Part shown: piece after piece, positions 36,052-46,595 of the stretch
How the letters are laid out: each line of letters opens with the position of its first letter
How positions within the stretch are numbered: position 1 is the stretch's first letter
Source of the DNA: an uncultured Clostridium sp.
Lineage (GTDB): Bacteria > Bacillota > Clostridia > TANB77 > CAG-508
Reading direction: 5' to 3'
DNA length: 64,000 nt
NCBI GenBank assembly: GCA_947165355.1
Contig: CAMUZZ010000002.1
Coordinates: 519-64,518, forward strand
Notes under the pieces: generated by a model
Database searches by the model: none
Told to the model about the DNA's origin: nothing
What the model saw: the letters and a program-made list of their open reading frames with translations, nothing else
Translations under genes and position numbers: made by a program

Positions 36052-36163
36052 ATGAGCAGATTTAATTATAATTGCTTTTTTACATTTTGTCAATAAAAAA
36101 ACGAAATAATTTACATTATTTCGTTTTTGAAAACATTTAATTATTAACTTGATGTTATACTAT

Positions 36164-36454
36164 TTATCTGGTTTTGCCTTTATCTTTATCTGTGTTGTTC
36201 ATTTCTATATGTGGATTTTTATATATTTCATTAACTGTAATATTTTTTATTCTTAATACTTCTGTTTTTCTTGATTGACGTGCTTTTATATTTTCTTCTG
36301 AAGATTCTTGTACTTTCTTTAATGTATTTTGGAATTCTTCAACTTTTTCTTCGTCATCAACTATAAATCCGCTAAAGGCGTCTTTAATTCTTGCTGCAAA
36401 TGATTTTAATACAACCATCATGTTAGCTTTGTTTTCTACTCTGGAATTTTCCAT
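36164..36454 (-). CDS. Hypothetical protein
   Basis: 96-aa ORF with SD GGAGGTG. Confidence 0.4.
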   Translation of the reverse strand: MENSRVENKANMMVVLKSFAARIKDAFSGFIVDDEEKVEEFQNTLKKVQESSEENIKARQSRKTEVLRIKNITVNEIYKNPHIEMNNTDKDKGKTR

Positions 36455-36594
36455 TGCTAATTTGCACCTCCATTTTTTTCAAAATAGCATTCGTACATAA
36501 TATATGATAGCATATTTTTTTCGAAAAAGCAAATTTTACAGCTATAATTTGTATTTTTTGCTCTATTCAAAACTTACGTATAATAAATCTAATT

Positions 36595-36632
36595 GTAAAC
36601 TTAAATTTTTTGCTCCGTCCCCAAAATTTAAG
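36595..36632 (-). repeat. Copy R5 of the GGGGACGG-core repeat
   Basis: Minus strand reads CTTAAATTTTGGGGACGGAGCAAAAAATTTAAGTTTAC, starting 2 nt after the sigA stop. Confidence 0.7.
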
Positions 36633-36633
36633 T

Positions 36634-38400
36634 TTAGTTCATATAGTCTTTAAGTTTTTTACTTCTACTTGGGTGTCTTAGCTTTCTTAAAGCCTTAGCT
36701 TCAATTTGTCTAATTCTTTCACGAGTTACTTTAAACTCTTTTCCAACTTCTTCAAGAGTTCTTGCTTTTCCATCTTCTAATCCAAATCTAAGTTTTAAAA
36801 CTTTAGCTTCTCTTGGTGTTAATGTTTGCATTACTTCTTCTAATTGCTCCTTTAGTAATGTGTATGCAACTGAATCTTGTGGAGCTGGAGAATCATCATC
36901 TTGAATAAAGTCTCCTAAATGGCTATCATCTTCTTCTCCTATTGGAGTTTCAAGTGATACAGGATCTTGAGCAATTTTTTGTATTTCAATTACCTTATCA
37001 ACTGGAATTTCCATTTCTTTTGCAATTTCTTCAGCGGTAGGCTCTCTTCCAAGTTGTTGTAATAGATGTCTTGAAGTACGTATTAATTTGTTTATAGTTT
37101 CAACCATATGAACTGGAATTCTTATAGTTCTTGCTTGGTCTGCTATAGCTCTTGTTATAGCTTGTCTTATCCACCATGTAGCATAAGTACTAAATTTGTA
37201 TCCTTTTGTATAATCGAATTTTTCAACAGCTTTAATAAGACCCATATTTCCTTCTTGGATTAAATCTAGGAATAGCATTCCTCTTCCAACATATTTTTTA
37301 GCTATACTAACAACTAATCTAAGGTTTGACTCTGAAAGCTTCTTTTTAGCCTCTTCGTCACCTTTTAAAATTCCTTTGGCCAATTCAATTTCTTGTTCGT
37401 ATGTTAATAGAGGTATTTTTCCAATTTCTCTTAAATACATTCTAACTGGATCATCAACACTAACACCTTCAATGTTATTAACGTCTATATCTTCAAGCTT
37501 TATTTCTTCTACTTCTTCTAAATCTTCTAAATCTGGCTCTTCATCCAAATCTTCTTCTTTGTCAATTGAAATTCCCATTTTTTCGAATTTGTCAAATAGC
37601 TCTTCAATTTGATCTGTTGAAGCATCACTTAAGTTAGCTGCTAGCTCTCCGTATGTCATTCCACCTTGTTTTTGAGCTTTTTCAATTATTTTACCAATTT
37701 TGTCTTCAGGCTCTGCTTTTGCTTCGCTGCTCTTTGTATCTTCTGAATCATTTTCTTTTTCAGCCTTTTCTGACTTAGATTCTTTTTTAGATTTTACAGA
37801 TTCTTCATCGCTTTTTGTTTTATCTGAATTTTCATTTTCTGCTTTTTTTGTTTTAGCAGATTGCTCTTCTTTAATTGCTTTTTCTTTCTTTTCTTCTTTA
37901 CTTACCTTAGCTGGTTTTTCCTCTTTGCTTACTTTAGCTACTTTTTCTTCTTTGCTCATCTGTGCTGTTTTTTCTTCTTTTTCATTTTTTTCAGTATCTT
38001 TAGATTTTGTACTTTTTTTGTTTTCTTTTTCAACTACAGCAACCTCTGTTATTACCTTAATTACTATTGTTTGTTTTTTCTCGTTAATATTCCATTCAAT
38101 ATTGTTTGATATAGTATCTGGCTCTAATTCAACTTTTTTTCTGTCTACTACTACTTTTAGTTTTGTTTTTGCTGTATCGATTTTATCCTCATCTTTACAT
38201 TTAACAAAATTTAGTACTAGTTTTGTATCATTTAAATTTATGTTATATGTTTCTTTTTTCTGAAATTCGCTCTGTATAGAAAATTTTCCACTTCTACTTG
38301 ATGTTAATTCTTCTTTGTTTATAGTGCATGCTGTATCTTTGCTTTTTATTACTTTGCCTAATTTATCTATAAGTTCAATTTCAATACTATAATTTTCCAT
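36634..38400 (-). CDS. sigA: RNA polymerase sigma factor SigA/RpoD with ~230-aa N-terminal extension
   Basis: The C-terminal ~360 aa is a complete group-1 sigma ([27 protein letters not shown]; region 4 [26 protein letters not shown]). The N-terminus adds a ~115-aa beta-rich module and a KE-rich linker. Confidence 0.9.
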   Translation of the reverse strand: MENYSIEIELIDKLGKVIKSKDTACTINKEELTSSRSGKFSIQSEFQKKETYNINLNDTKLVLNFVKCKDEDKIDTAKTKLKVVVDRKKVELEPDTISNNIEWNINEKKQTIVIKVITEVAVVEKENKKSTKSKDTEKNEKEEKTAQMSKEEKVAKVSKEEKPAKVSKEEKKEKAIKEEQSAKTKKAENENSDKTKSDEESVKSKKESKSEKAEKENDSEDTKSSEAKAEPEDKIGKIIEKAQKQGGMTYGELAANLSDASTDQIEELFDKFEKMGISIDKEEDLDEEPDLEDLEEVEEIKLEDIDVNNIEGVSVDDPVRMYLREIGKIPLLTYEQEIELAKGILKGDEEAKKKLSESNLRLVVSIAKKYVGRGMLFLDLIQEGNMGLIKAVEKFDYTKGYKFSTYATWWIRQAITRAIADQARTIRIPVHMVETINKLIRTSRHLLQQLGREPTAEEIAKEMEIPVDKVIEIQKIAQDPVSLETPIGEEDDSHLGDFIQDDDSPAPQDSVAYTLLKEQLEEVMQTLTPREAKVLKLRFGLEDGKARTLEEVGKEFKVTRERIRQIEAKALRKLRHPSRSKKLKDYMN

Positions 38401-38417
38401 TTTTAGATTTATACCTC

Positions 38418-40274
38418 CTACTTCATTCTAGCCAATTTTATTATTATTTCGCTTAAAGATTTTTCTAAATTAGCTACTTCATCCTTTGTTAAATTTGCTG
38501 GATTCTCTAATTGTTTAATTATGCTATTTCTTTCATTTATTAATTTATCTTTCCCATAATTTAGTAAAACATCATCTATACACTTTGAAACCTCAACAAT
38601 TTCAAAATCTGTAGCCATAATGCCACTAAGATGATTTACAACTTCTTCATCAGAAAATAAGTCTAATATATTCTCAATATTATTACTATTTCCTTTTTCT
38701 AATTCTTCATACAATTTTGTAAGAATTTCCTTATTCTTTGGAGACTTAATGTCATCCACTCTAATATTTTCTTTTATTTTTTTGTATGATTGATCTGGAT
38801 AGTTTACAAGTAGATAAATAATAAGATTTTCTCTTCTTAAGATAGCTTCACCTATGTTCTGACTTTCATCACTAATTTTAGGTTTAGCAGCCGAACTTTT
38901 TCGCTCTAGTAACTTATTTGAATTTTCTTTTGAATATAAAATTTTATTTATTTCAGCATATATAGCTTCTTTTGAAATTTTGTAGTCTAGTGCTATTTTG
39001 TCTATATAAACTTCTTTTTCTATGCTATTTGTAACTTTTGATAGTTCTTTTGCAATTTCTGTTAAGAATTTTATTTTGTCATTTGCAACGTCTAAATTTA
39101 AGTTTTGTTTTAGATTTTTAATTTTAAATTCTACAAGTGATATAGCGTTATCTATGCATCTATTTAATCTGTCTGGTCCATACTTTAAAATGTATTCATC
39201 TGGATCTTTAGCGCCTTCTATTTGAAGAATTCTTACATCACATCCAAGATTTTGCAATATTTCTAGACCTCTTATTGTTGCAGCTTGACCAGCTCCATCT
39301 GCATCATATCCTACAATTACTTGCTCGCTTGATTTTCTAAGTAATCTTCCCTGAGCCTCTGTTAATGCAGTTCCTAGAGATGCTACAACATTTGTAATTC
39401 CTCTTTGATGAAGTGATATTGTATCCATGTATCCTTCAACAATTAGAATTTTTTTAAGGCTTGATTCATGCGCTACTTTTTTTGCAGCATACAAACCATA
39501 TAAATGTCTTCCTTTTGAGTATGCAATATTCTCTGTAGAGTTTATATATTTTGCTTGTCTTTTAAACGCCATTTTTTCTTCTTCACTTGCATCAGCCTTA
39601 GGTGGATCTATTAGAATTCTACCTCCGAAAGCAACAAATTTGCCTCTTTCATCTTGAATAGGAAACATTAATCTTTTTCTGAACCTATCTATAAATTCAC
39701 CTTTTTCGTTTTTATTTACAAGTGTTGAAGCTAAAATTTCTTCGTCTTTAAAACCTTGACTTTTTAAAAACTTATATAATTCATTATAATTTCCTGAATA
39801 CCCTATATAAAATGTTTTTAAAGTATTATTGTCTAACTTTCTCTTTTTTACGTATTCTTGTGCAATTTTAGATGATGGATTATATAAATTTTTATGATAA
39901 AAAAGTGCGGCAGCTTGATTTATTTCGTATATTTTTGATCTGATGTAATAGTTTTTATCGTCTTCGTCTGATGAAGATAAAGTTGGAAGCTGAACATTAG
40001 CCCTATTTGCTAAAACTTCAACTGCCTCTCTAAATCCTATTCCTTCTATTTTGCTTACAAAATGAAATACGTTTCCACCAACTCCACAGCCAAAACAGTG
40101 GAAAATTTGCTTATCTGGTGACACGGCAAATGACGGAGATTTTTCGTTATGAAATGGACATATACCAAAATAGCTTCTACCACTTCGTTTTAATGCAACA
40201 TAGCTTGAAATTACATCAACTATGTCATTTTTTGATTTAATTTCATCTAAGAGTTCATCTTCATAACGTACCAT
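38418..40274 (-). CDS. dnaG: DNA primase DnaG
   Basis: Zinc finger [30 protein letters not shown] and Toprim EGYMD. Confidence 0.95.
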   Translation of the reverse strand: MVRYEDELLDEIKSKNDIVDVISSYVALKRSGRSYFGICPFHNEKSPSFAVSPDKQIFHCFGCGVGGNVFHFVSKIEGIGFREAVEVLANRANVQLPTLSSSDEDDKNYYIRSKIYEINQAAALFYHKNLYNPSSKIAQEYVKKRKLDNNTLKTFYIGYSGNYNELYKFLKSQGFKDEEILASTLVNKNEKGEFIDRFRKRLMFPIQDERGKFVAFGGRILIDPPKADASEEEKMAFKRQAKYINSTENIAYSKGRHLYGLYAAKKVAHESSLKKILIVEGYMDTISLHQRGITNVVASLGTALTEAQGRLLRKSSEQVIVGYDADGAGQAATIRGLEILQNLGCDVRILQIEGAKDPDEYILKYGPDRLNRCIDNAISLVEFKIKNLKQNLNLDVANDKIKFLTEIAKELSKVTNSIEKEVYIDKIALDYKISKEAIYAEINKILYSKENSNKLLERKSSAAKPKISDESQNIGEAILRRENLIIYLLVNYPDQSYKKIKENIRVDDIKSPKNKEILTKLYEELEKGNSNNIENILDLFSDEEVVNHLSGIMATDFEIVEVSKCIDDVLLNYGKDKLINERNSIIKQLENPANLTKDEVANLEKSLSEIIIKLARMK

Positions 40275-40486
40275 CAAAAACTACCTTTCTTTCTTTTTCC
40301 ATATTATATAATTCGACACAAATTATGGAAATCCTTCTATAATTTACATAATTTGTTAAGTATGTTTTAATTAAATATATTAGGCTATATACCTTTATTT
40401 TTAACTATTTTAAAACCTACAAAAATCTACCAGGTTATTTTTGAGTTAACCTGGTAGATTTTATTTACTTTTTTTCTACCTATAAA

Positions 40487-41074
40487 TTATCCTTGTGATG
40501 TTCCTGTACTTTGTGCATCGAATGGAATAAATTTACTAACTATATTACTTGTATTTATATCATTTGCAATTCCATCTGCTGATCTGTTCTCTCTAAAAGA
40601 AACATCAATTTTGTTATCTACTAATTTTTCCATTTCTACTGTTGATGCATTTTCTACTAAAACTAGTTCACTTACTAAAATTTGCTTTGCATTGTTTAGC
40701 ATTTTCTTTTCTCCAGTAGATAGTCCTTTTTCTTTTTGTTTAAAGCTTAAGTTTCTAACTACATCTGCTACTTCGTAGATGTCTCCGCTTTTCATTTTAT
40801 CCATATTATCTCTATATCTTTTATTCCAATTATCAGACATCGCTGTTTCATCGTTTTCTAATATTGTAAATACTTTTCCAATTTCATCTTTAGAAATGAT
40901 ATTTCTTAAACCTTGTTTAGATGCTTGATTGCTTGGAACCATTACCTTTACTCCTCCAGGCATTGAAATATTTATATATTCTATTTCTTCATCTAAAATG
41001 TTCTTTTTATCTATTGAATCTATTGTCCCAGCACCATGCATAGGATATACGACTTTGTCCCCTACATTAAACAT
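40487..41074 (-). CDS. carD: CarD-family transcriptional regulator
   Basis: MFNVGDKVVYPMHGAGTIDSI (CarD_CdnL_TRCF N-domain). Start at 41074 behind GGAAGGAG. Confidence 0.8.
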   Translation of the reverse strand: MFNVGDKVVYPMHGAGTIDSIDKKNILDEEIEYINISMPGGVKVMVPSNQASKQGLRNIISKDEIGKVFTILENDETAMSDNWNKRYRDNMDKMKSGDIYEVADVVRNLSFKQKEKGLSTGEKKMLNNAKQILVSELVLVENASTVEMEKLVDNKIDVSFRENRSADGIANDINTSNIVSKFIPFDAQSTGTSQG

Positions 41075-41246
41075 GTAAGAATCAACTCCTTCCTCTTGCA
41101 ATTTATTGAAGTTAATAAAGGTATTTTCTTTTTCAACTACATTTATTATTATACTACAAAAAATGGCAAAAGTCAAAGCTTTTGCCATTTTTTATTGGAT
41201 GTATTTTAAAAAGTTTTTTTAATTATTTTCTAATAATCTCAAAGCA

Positions 41247-41468
41247 AATTTGAGTAATATTTCTATAAATTTAATAAAAAAAGAAGATAGATACATAACC
41301 ATTCAAACCTTACTGGTCGCTCCTACATAGTGGAAAAATATAGTGTTTCCCATCGTTATATATTGATAAATATTTTTTTAGTGGCAAGCTCCCAAACTGC
41401 GCGGTTTTCATTTATATATATCTATCTTCTTTGTATATTGGTAATATTTTAGAAATATTACTCAAATT
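41247..41468. repeat. Nested inverted-repeat element (MITE-like or long-stem RNA), 222 bp
   Basis: The outer IR AATTTGAGTAATATTTCT (41247-41264) pairs with AGAAATATTACTCAAATT (41451-41468) perfectly. The inner IR AAAGAAGATAGATA (41280-41293) pairs with TATCTATCTTCTTT (41419-41432). The ~120-nt core is GC-richer. Confidence 0.55.
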
Positions 41469-41928
41469 ATTTGTTGGTTGATCCGAAACCTCCAACTCTT
41501 TCTCCAACTGCATTGTCATTGTCTACTGTTAAAAACTTTTGGAACATTGCTTGTGCAATTGCTTCCCCTTTCTTTATTACAACATCTTCATCTTTTATGT
41601 TAATACATTGAACCATTATATGTCCATCATTGTCTATGTTTCCGTAATAATCTGCATCTATTATTCCAGCACTATGTGGAAACATAATTCCTTGTTTCTT
41701 TGGTCCTGAACTTCTTGGAAATAACATTAATACTTCATCATCTTGCATATAAGCTTTTAATCCTGTTGGTATTAATGTTGGCTTTTGGCCTAGCTTAAAA
41801 CTTGGTATTACAGTTTCTTCAGCAGCCTCTATATCGTATGCAGCAGATCTTGCTGTTTTTCTTACTGGCATATTAATTCCTTTATCTTCAAATCCTTTTG
41901 CTATTTCAAATCCTCTTGTCTTTTCCAT
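41467..41928 (-). CDS. dut: dUTP diphosphatase
   Basis: SAAYDI, RSSGPKK and AGIIDADYYG motifs. Start at MEKTRGFE behind AGGAGGA. Confidence 0.85.
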   Translation of the reverse strand: MEKTRGFEIAKGFEDKGINMPVRKTARSAAYDIEAAEETVIPSFKLGQKPTLIPTGLKAYMQDDEVLMLFPRSSGPKKQGIMFPHSAGIIDADYYGNIDNDGHIMVQCINIKDEDVVIKKGEAIAQAMFQKFLTVDNDNAVGERVGGFGSTNK

Positions 41929-41995
41929 TTTGAATCCTCCTAAATTAAATTTCACGCACATTATAATATTACGATTTTTAAGTGTCAATGTATTA

Positions 41996-43387
41996 TTATC
42001 TTTTTATAAATCTAGCTTTTAATAATCTTACTACATTATGATTTAGCAACACTGCATAAATAATTGTTAATATTAAAGCTATTACTTGTATAATTATATT
42101 TTTTGAATAATATGCTAAAAAAACTATTGCCGTTATTGTTGTTGAAACCAATAAAGTTTTTGATTTTTTTAGATTTACAAACTTTTTAATCTTTACCATT
42201 CTGTACGCATAAATGAAAATTGATGAAACTAACGTTGATATAGCTGCAGCGTATAATCCTATAAATTTTATTAGAATTATATTTACCCCTACATTGATAA
42301 TGGCTGAAATTACTGTTGTTTTACCAACAATTCTAGATTCCATATATGCCGCAAAAATTCCCCCAAAAAAGCTTGCCATATTTGAAAAATACACAGCAAA
42401 AACAAGTATTGGAATGTACATATATGCATCATTGTAGTCTCCATGTATTAATAACGTGAATACAAGAGGTACAGCTGCTATTACACCAACAGTTGCTGCA
42501 TACACCAAATTTCTTAATGATTTATATATTCGATTGTAGTATTGAGTGCTATTTTCTTCATGAAGTGCCTTGGCGGCCGATTCTTTCCATGCAACCGAAA
42601 AATAATTGTATACAGTATTTATTATTGTTGGGAACTTGTTTGATACTGCATAAATACCATTAAACGAAGCTCCTAACATCCATGTAACAATCATTCTGTC
42701 TGATAAAGTAATTACAATCCATGATAAACTATTTGGAATTAATGGAATTGAATATTTTATCATTCTTTTCATTGTTATTTTATCAAGACTTTTTACATCC
42801 ATATATTTTGGTAATTTAATTACAATTGCTAAAAGTACTGCAACTACCATATTTGCTATAATTACAGCTAAAAGTAATCCATCAACATTCATATTTGTTC
42901 CAAGAACAAATACAATGTTTAAAATAATTGTTAAAACGCTTAAAATAAAATTTGAAAGCGAATATAGCTTTATTTTTCCAAGACCTCTAACTAAACAATT
43001 CATCAGTGCCATTGCCACAACAGCAATAACATATGGTATGAAAAATACGCTTGTATGAATTGAAAAAACTTTTATAACTATAAATATTATAATACACGAT
43101 ATAAATGTGGTTGCCATTATTGTTAATATTGTTTCACTTATAATGGATTTTTCCTCTTGCTTGCTCTTGGCATCAATTAAAAATCTAAACATTGATTCTT
43201 CAAGTGTTAGAGTAATGATTGGTGTTAAAAATGTTATTATTGTTATTATTAAGTCGTACCTACCAAATTGCTCTGTTGTTAATCGCGCTGTATAAAGTGA
43301 TACAAGTAGAAAAGATACAATTTGTGTACTAAATTTTCCGAGAGCTATTATTACGGTATTTTTTATTAATTCTTTTTCTTGCTTCAT
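41996..43387 (-). CDS. Polysaccharide flippase (Wzx/MOP superfamily)
   Basis: About 14 TM with the typical N-terminus KNTVIIALGKFSTQIVSFLLVSLYTARL. Confidence 0.75.
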   Translation of the reverse strand: MKQEKELIKNTVIIALGKFSTQIVSFLLVSLYTARLTTEQFGRYDLIITIITFLTPIITLTLEESMFRFLIDAKSKQEEKSIISETILTIMATTFISCIIIFIVIKVFSIHTSVFFIPYVIAVVAMALMNCLVRGLGKIKLYSLSNFILSVLTIILNIVFVLGTNMNVDGLLLAVIIANMVVAVLLAIVIKLPKYMDVKSLDKITMKRMIKYSIPLIPNSLSWIVITLSDRMIVTWMLGASFNGIYAVSNKFPTIINTVYNYFSVAWKESAAKALHEENSTQYYNRIYKSLRNLVYAATVGVIAAVPLVFTLLIHGDYNDAYMYIPILVFAVYFSNMASFFGGIFAAYMESRIVGKTTVISAIINVGVNIILIKFIGLYAAAISTLVSSIFIYAYRMVKIKKFVNLKKSKTLLVSTTITAIVFLAYYSKNIIIQVIALILTIIYAVLLNHNVVRLLKARFIKR

Positions 43388-43529
43388 TTTAATTTCCTCT
43401 CTGTAGAATACTCTTCTGTAAAATTTTATCATAATAAAATAAAAAAGACAATTTTATAAATTATTATGTGTTATTTTAATAGCTCAAATAAAAATCATTT
43501 CATAAAGAAATGATTTTTATTATTACACT

Positions 43530-44486
43530 TTATTTCTTATAATTTTCATTTTCTTCTCTCTTGTCGTTATATTCTTTGACAAAATATAATGGTCTGTGTT
43601 TTGTTTCGTTGAAAATTCTTCCTAAATATTCTCCCATTATTCCAATTAGCATAATCTGTACACATGAGAAGAATAATATTAGTAGAATTCCCGCTTGGTG
43701 AATTTGTACCAATTGACCATTAACTATGCATTTAATAACAACATGAATTAAATATCCTAACAATAAAAGAAATGTTGGTATTGTTAGATATGTTGAAATT
43801 CTTAAAGGTGACGTTGTAAAAGAAGTAATACCATCAATTGCAAGATCAAATAACTTTTTGTAATTCCATTTTGTTTTTCCTGCAATACGTGGATCTCTAT
43901 CGTATAAAACTTCTTTCTTGTTGTATCCAATCCAACTAAACATACTCTTTGAACATCTGTGAGTTTCTCTTAATTGTAATAGGGCGTTTACACATCGTCT
44001 ATCAAGTAATCTGAAGTCTCCCGTATCTTTTTGTATTTCAACACCTGCTAGCTTCTGCAATACTCGGTAATACATTTTTGATGTAAACTTCTTAAAAAAA
44101 GATTCACCTTTTCTAGATTTTCTTCTAGCATACACATCGTCATAACCTTGTTCCCAGTATGTAATTAACTTTGGAATAAGCTCTGGTGGATCTTGAAGAT
44201 CCGCATCTAAAAATATCACTGCATCTCCAGTTGCATAATCTAATCCAGCAATCATAGCAACTTCTTTTCCAAAATTTCGTGAAAAATCTACATAGCTTAT
44301 TCTGTTATCTTTGGCTCGAAACTCTTTAATAAGTTGTAAAGTTTTATCTTTACTACCATCATTAACGAATAGCACTTCAAACTCATAATTTTCTATTTTA
44401 TTAATTACATTACTTAACCTTTCGTACAACATAGGAATTGCTTCTTCTTCATTGTATGCAGGTATTATTATTGTTATTTTCTTCAT
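43530..44486 (-). CDS. GT2 polyprenyl-phosphate glycosyltransferase (GtrB/ArnC-like, 2 C-terminal TM)
   Basis: IIIPAYNEEEAI, VNDGSKD, FLDADLQDPPE. Start at MKKITIII (44486). Confidence 0.8.
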   Translation of the reverse strand: MKKITIIIPAYNEEEAIPMLYERLSNVINKIENYEFEVLFVNDGSKDKTLQLIKEFRAKDNRISYVDFSRNFGKEVAMIAGLDYATGDAVIFLDADLQDPPELIPKLITYWEQGYDDVYARRKSRKGESFFKKFTSKMYYRVLQKLAGVEIQKDTGDFRLLDRRCVNALLQLRETHRCSKSMFSWIGYNKKEVLYDRDPRIAGKTKWNYKKLFDLAIDGITSFTTSPLRISTYLTIPTFLLLLGYLIHVVIKCIVNGQLVQIHQAGILLILFFSCVQIMLIGIMGEYLGRIFNETKHRPLYFVKEYNDKREENENYKK

Positions 44487-44496
44487 AAAACCCTCT

Positions 44497-45501
44497 CTAT
44501 TTATTTTTTTCAATATAATTCCATGAATCTTTACACATATCATCCAAAGTTTTTTCAGCTACCCATCCAAGCTCTTCTTTTGCTTTTGTTGGATCTGCAT
44601 AACATGTGGCAATATCTCCGGGTCTTCTAGGAGCAATTTTATATTTAACTTGTTTTCCTGTGGCTTTTTCAAATGCCTTAACCATATCTAAAACACTATA
44701 TCCTGTTCCAGTTCCAAGATTATAAATATATAATCCTTCATTTTCTTTATCTAGCTTTTCTAATGCCTTAACATGACCCTTTGCTAAGTCTACAACATGA
44801 ATATAGTCTCTAACACCTGTCCCATCTGGTGTTGGATAATCGTTTCCAAATACAGAAAGCTCTGGTAAAATTCCAGCTGCAACTCTTACAACATAAGGCA
44901 TTAAATTATTTGGAATTCCTTGAGGCTCTTCCCCAATTAATCCACTTTCATGGGCACCAACTGGATTAAAATATCTTAAAATACAAATATCCATTGTGTT
45001 ATCTGATGCATAAACGTCTTTTAATATTTGCTCAATAAATAATTTTGTTGTTCCATATGGATTTGTGGTTCCTCCAACATTGCATTCTTCTGTAATTGGA
45101 ATAACTTCTGGATCTCCATATACGGTCGCAGAAGAGCTAAATATAAATTTTTTACAATCATATTTTTTCATAACATCAAGAACTGCTAAGCATCCACCTA
45201 TGTTATTTTCGTAGTATTCAATAGGCTTTTTAACAGATTCTCCAACAGCTTTGTATCCAGCAAAATTAATTACCGAATCAATTTTATTTTCTGAAAAAAC
45301 CTTTTCTAACGCAGATTTGTCTTTATAGTCCATCTCATAAAACTTAAAGTCTTTTCCTGTTATAGTCTTTATTTTATCTAATACTTCTGGTTTACTATTT
45401 GAAAAGTTATCTATTATAATAATTTCCTTTCCAGAATTTAATAACTCTACAGCTGTGTGACTTCCAATGTATCCAGCTCCTCCTGGTAATAATACTGCCA
45501 T
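44497..45501 (-). CDS. galE: UDP-glucose 4-epimerase
   Basis: GGAGYIGSHT, YGTTK, and a typical GalE C-terminus. Confidence 0.9.
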   Translation of the reverse strand: MAVLLPGGAGYIGSHTAVELLNSGKEIIIIDNFSNSKPEVLDKIKTITGKDFKFYEMDYKDKSALEKVFSENKIDSVINFAGYKAVGESVKKPIEYYENNIGGCLAVLDVMKKYDCKKFIFSSSATVYGDPEVIPITEECNVGGTTNPYGTTKLFIEQILKDVYASDNTMDICILRYFNPVGAHESGLIGEEPQGIPNNLMPYVVRVAAGILPELSVFGNDYPTPDGTGVRDYIHVVDLAKGHVKALEKLDKENEGLYIYNLGTGTGYSVLDMVKAFEKATGKQVKYKIAPRRPGDIATCYADPTKAKEELGWVAEKTLDDMCKDSWNYIEKNK

Positions 45502-45542
45502 AAAATTCCCCCTCTTAATTTATTATTACAAATACTTATTTA

Positions 45543-46481
45543 CTAGTCTATATTTATTTTTTTCTTAATTATATACTGCGGTCTTTGTTTAGTTTCGTCG
45601 TATATTCTACCAATGTATTCAGATATTATTCTTAAAGATAGTAACTGAACTCCTGCAAAAAAAGTTATTCCTATCATTAGAGAAGTCCAACCTGCGGATA
45701 AGTCATTTAGCTTAAAAATGTACGATAATAAGGCATATACTAGTAATGCAAAAGATATGAATATGCTAAATACTCCCAAACCTCCAACGATTTTTAGAGG
45801 TTTATTTGAAAAACTAATTATTCCGTCGCTAGCTAGTCTAAGCATTTTTCTTAATGGATATTTTGTTTTTCCTGCAAAACGTTCTTTTCTTTCATATTCG
45901 TATGGAATCTGTTTGTATCCAACCCAACTAAACAAACCTCTTAAAAATTTGTTATGTTCTGGCATTTCATTTATAGTATCTACAACTTTTCTGTCTACTA
46001 GCCTAAAATCTCCTGTATCTTTTGGAATTTCAACGTCAGACAGAGCATTTAATGTTTTATAAAACATCTTTGCAGATAATAATTTAAATGGAGATTCTCC
46101 TGCTCTAGACTTTCTTTTGCCATATATTACTTCATATCCTTGCTCCCACAAATTTAACATTTCTGGTATTAGCTCTGGTGGATCTTGTAAATCCGCATCA
46201 ATAATTACTATTGCATCACCAGTTGCATACTTTAGTCCAGCAGTCACAGCTGCTTGATGTCCGAAATTTCTTGAGAATGAAATAACTTTTAAATTATCAT
46301 CATTTTGAGCAAGTTCTTCTAAAATATCTAATGTTTTGTCTTGGCTTCCATCGTTTACACAAACTATCTCATAGTAATACTCTTTTAAATTATTTAACGT
46401 GCTTGATAATCTTTTGTAGCATTCATTTACTACATCTTCTTCAAAGTACATTGGTACTATAATTGAAACCTTTTTCTTCAT
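45543..46481 (-). CDS. GT2 polyprenyl-phosphate glycosyltransferase (GtrB-like), paralog of 43530-44486
   Basis: IIVPMYFEE, VNDGSQD, IIDADLQDPPE, and 2 C-terminal TM. Confidence 0.8.
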   Translation of the reverse strand: MKKKVSIIVPMYFEEDVVNECYKRLSSTLNNLKEYYYEIVCVNDGSQDKTLDILEELAQNDDNLKVISFSRNFGHQAAVTAGLKYATGDAIVIIDADLQDPPELIPEMLNLWEQGYEVIYGKRKSRAGESPFKLLSAKMFYKTLNALSDVEIPKDTGDFRLVDRKVVDTINEMPEHNKFLRGLFSWVGYKQIPYEYERKERFAGKTKYPLRKMLRLASDGIISFSNKPLKIVGGLGVFSIFISFALLVYALLSYIFKLNDLSAGWTSLMIGITFFAGVQLLSLRIISEYIGRIYDETKQRPQYIIKKKINID

Positions 46482-46595
46482 TACGCCAGTTCTCCCTTAA
46501 AACTAAAGACGGTGCTAGACTCTAAAATTCTTACACCATCTTCTTTATAGTTACTGTTATGTTTTTACACGGAAAAATATTTTTTAAACTTAATT

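Noticed and set aside
36595-36632. Possible CodY box, because the repeat has AATTTT and AAAATT half-sites
   Set aside because: The CodY consensus AATTTTCWGAAAATT has a 3-nt centre. Here the halves are 13 nt apart with a G-rich centre, so it is not a CodY site.
41290-41420. 33-codon (MKTAQFGSLPLKKYLSIYNDGKHYIFPLCRSDQ) and 16-codon ORFs inside the inverted-repeat element, considered as a type I toxin
   Set aside because: They have no SD and are not hydrophobic like type I toxins. There is no evidence beyond an open frame.
44486-44543. Upstream extension of the GT2 ORF (MICVKIHGIILKKINREGF) overlapping the galE 3' end. Similar N-terminal extensions appear in the track for rsmE, tkt-N, rfbC, rfbA, dut, carD, proS and the kinase.
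   Set aside because: In each case an internal Met preceded by a good SD matches the conserved family N-terminus. The longer forms are ORF-finder artefacts.
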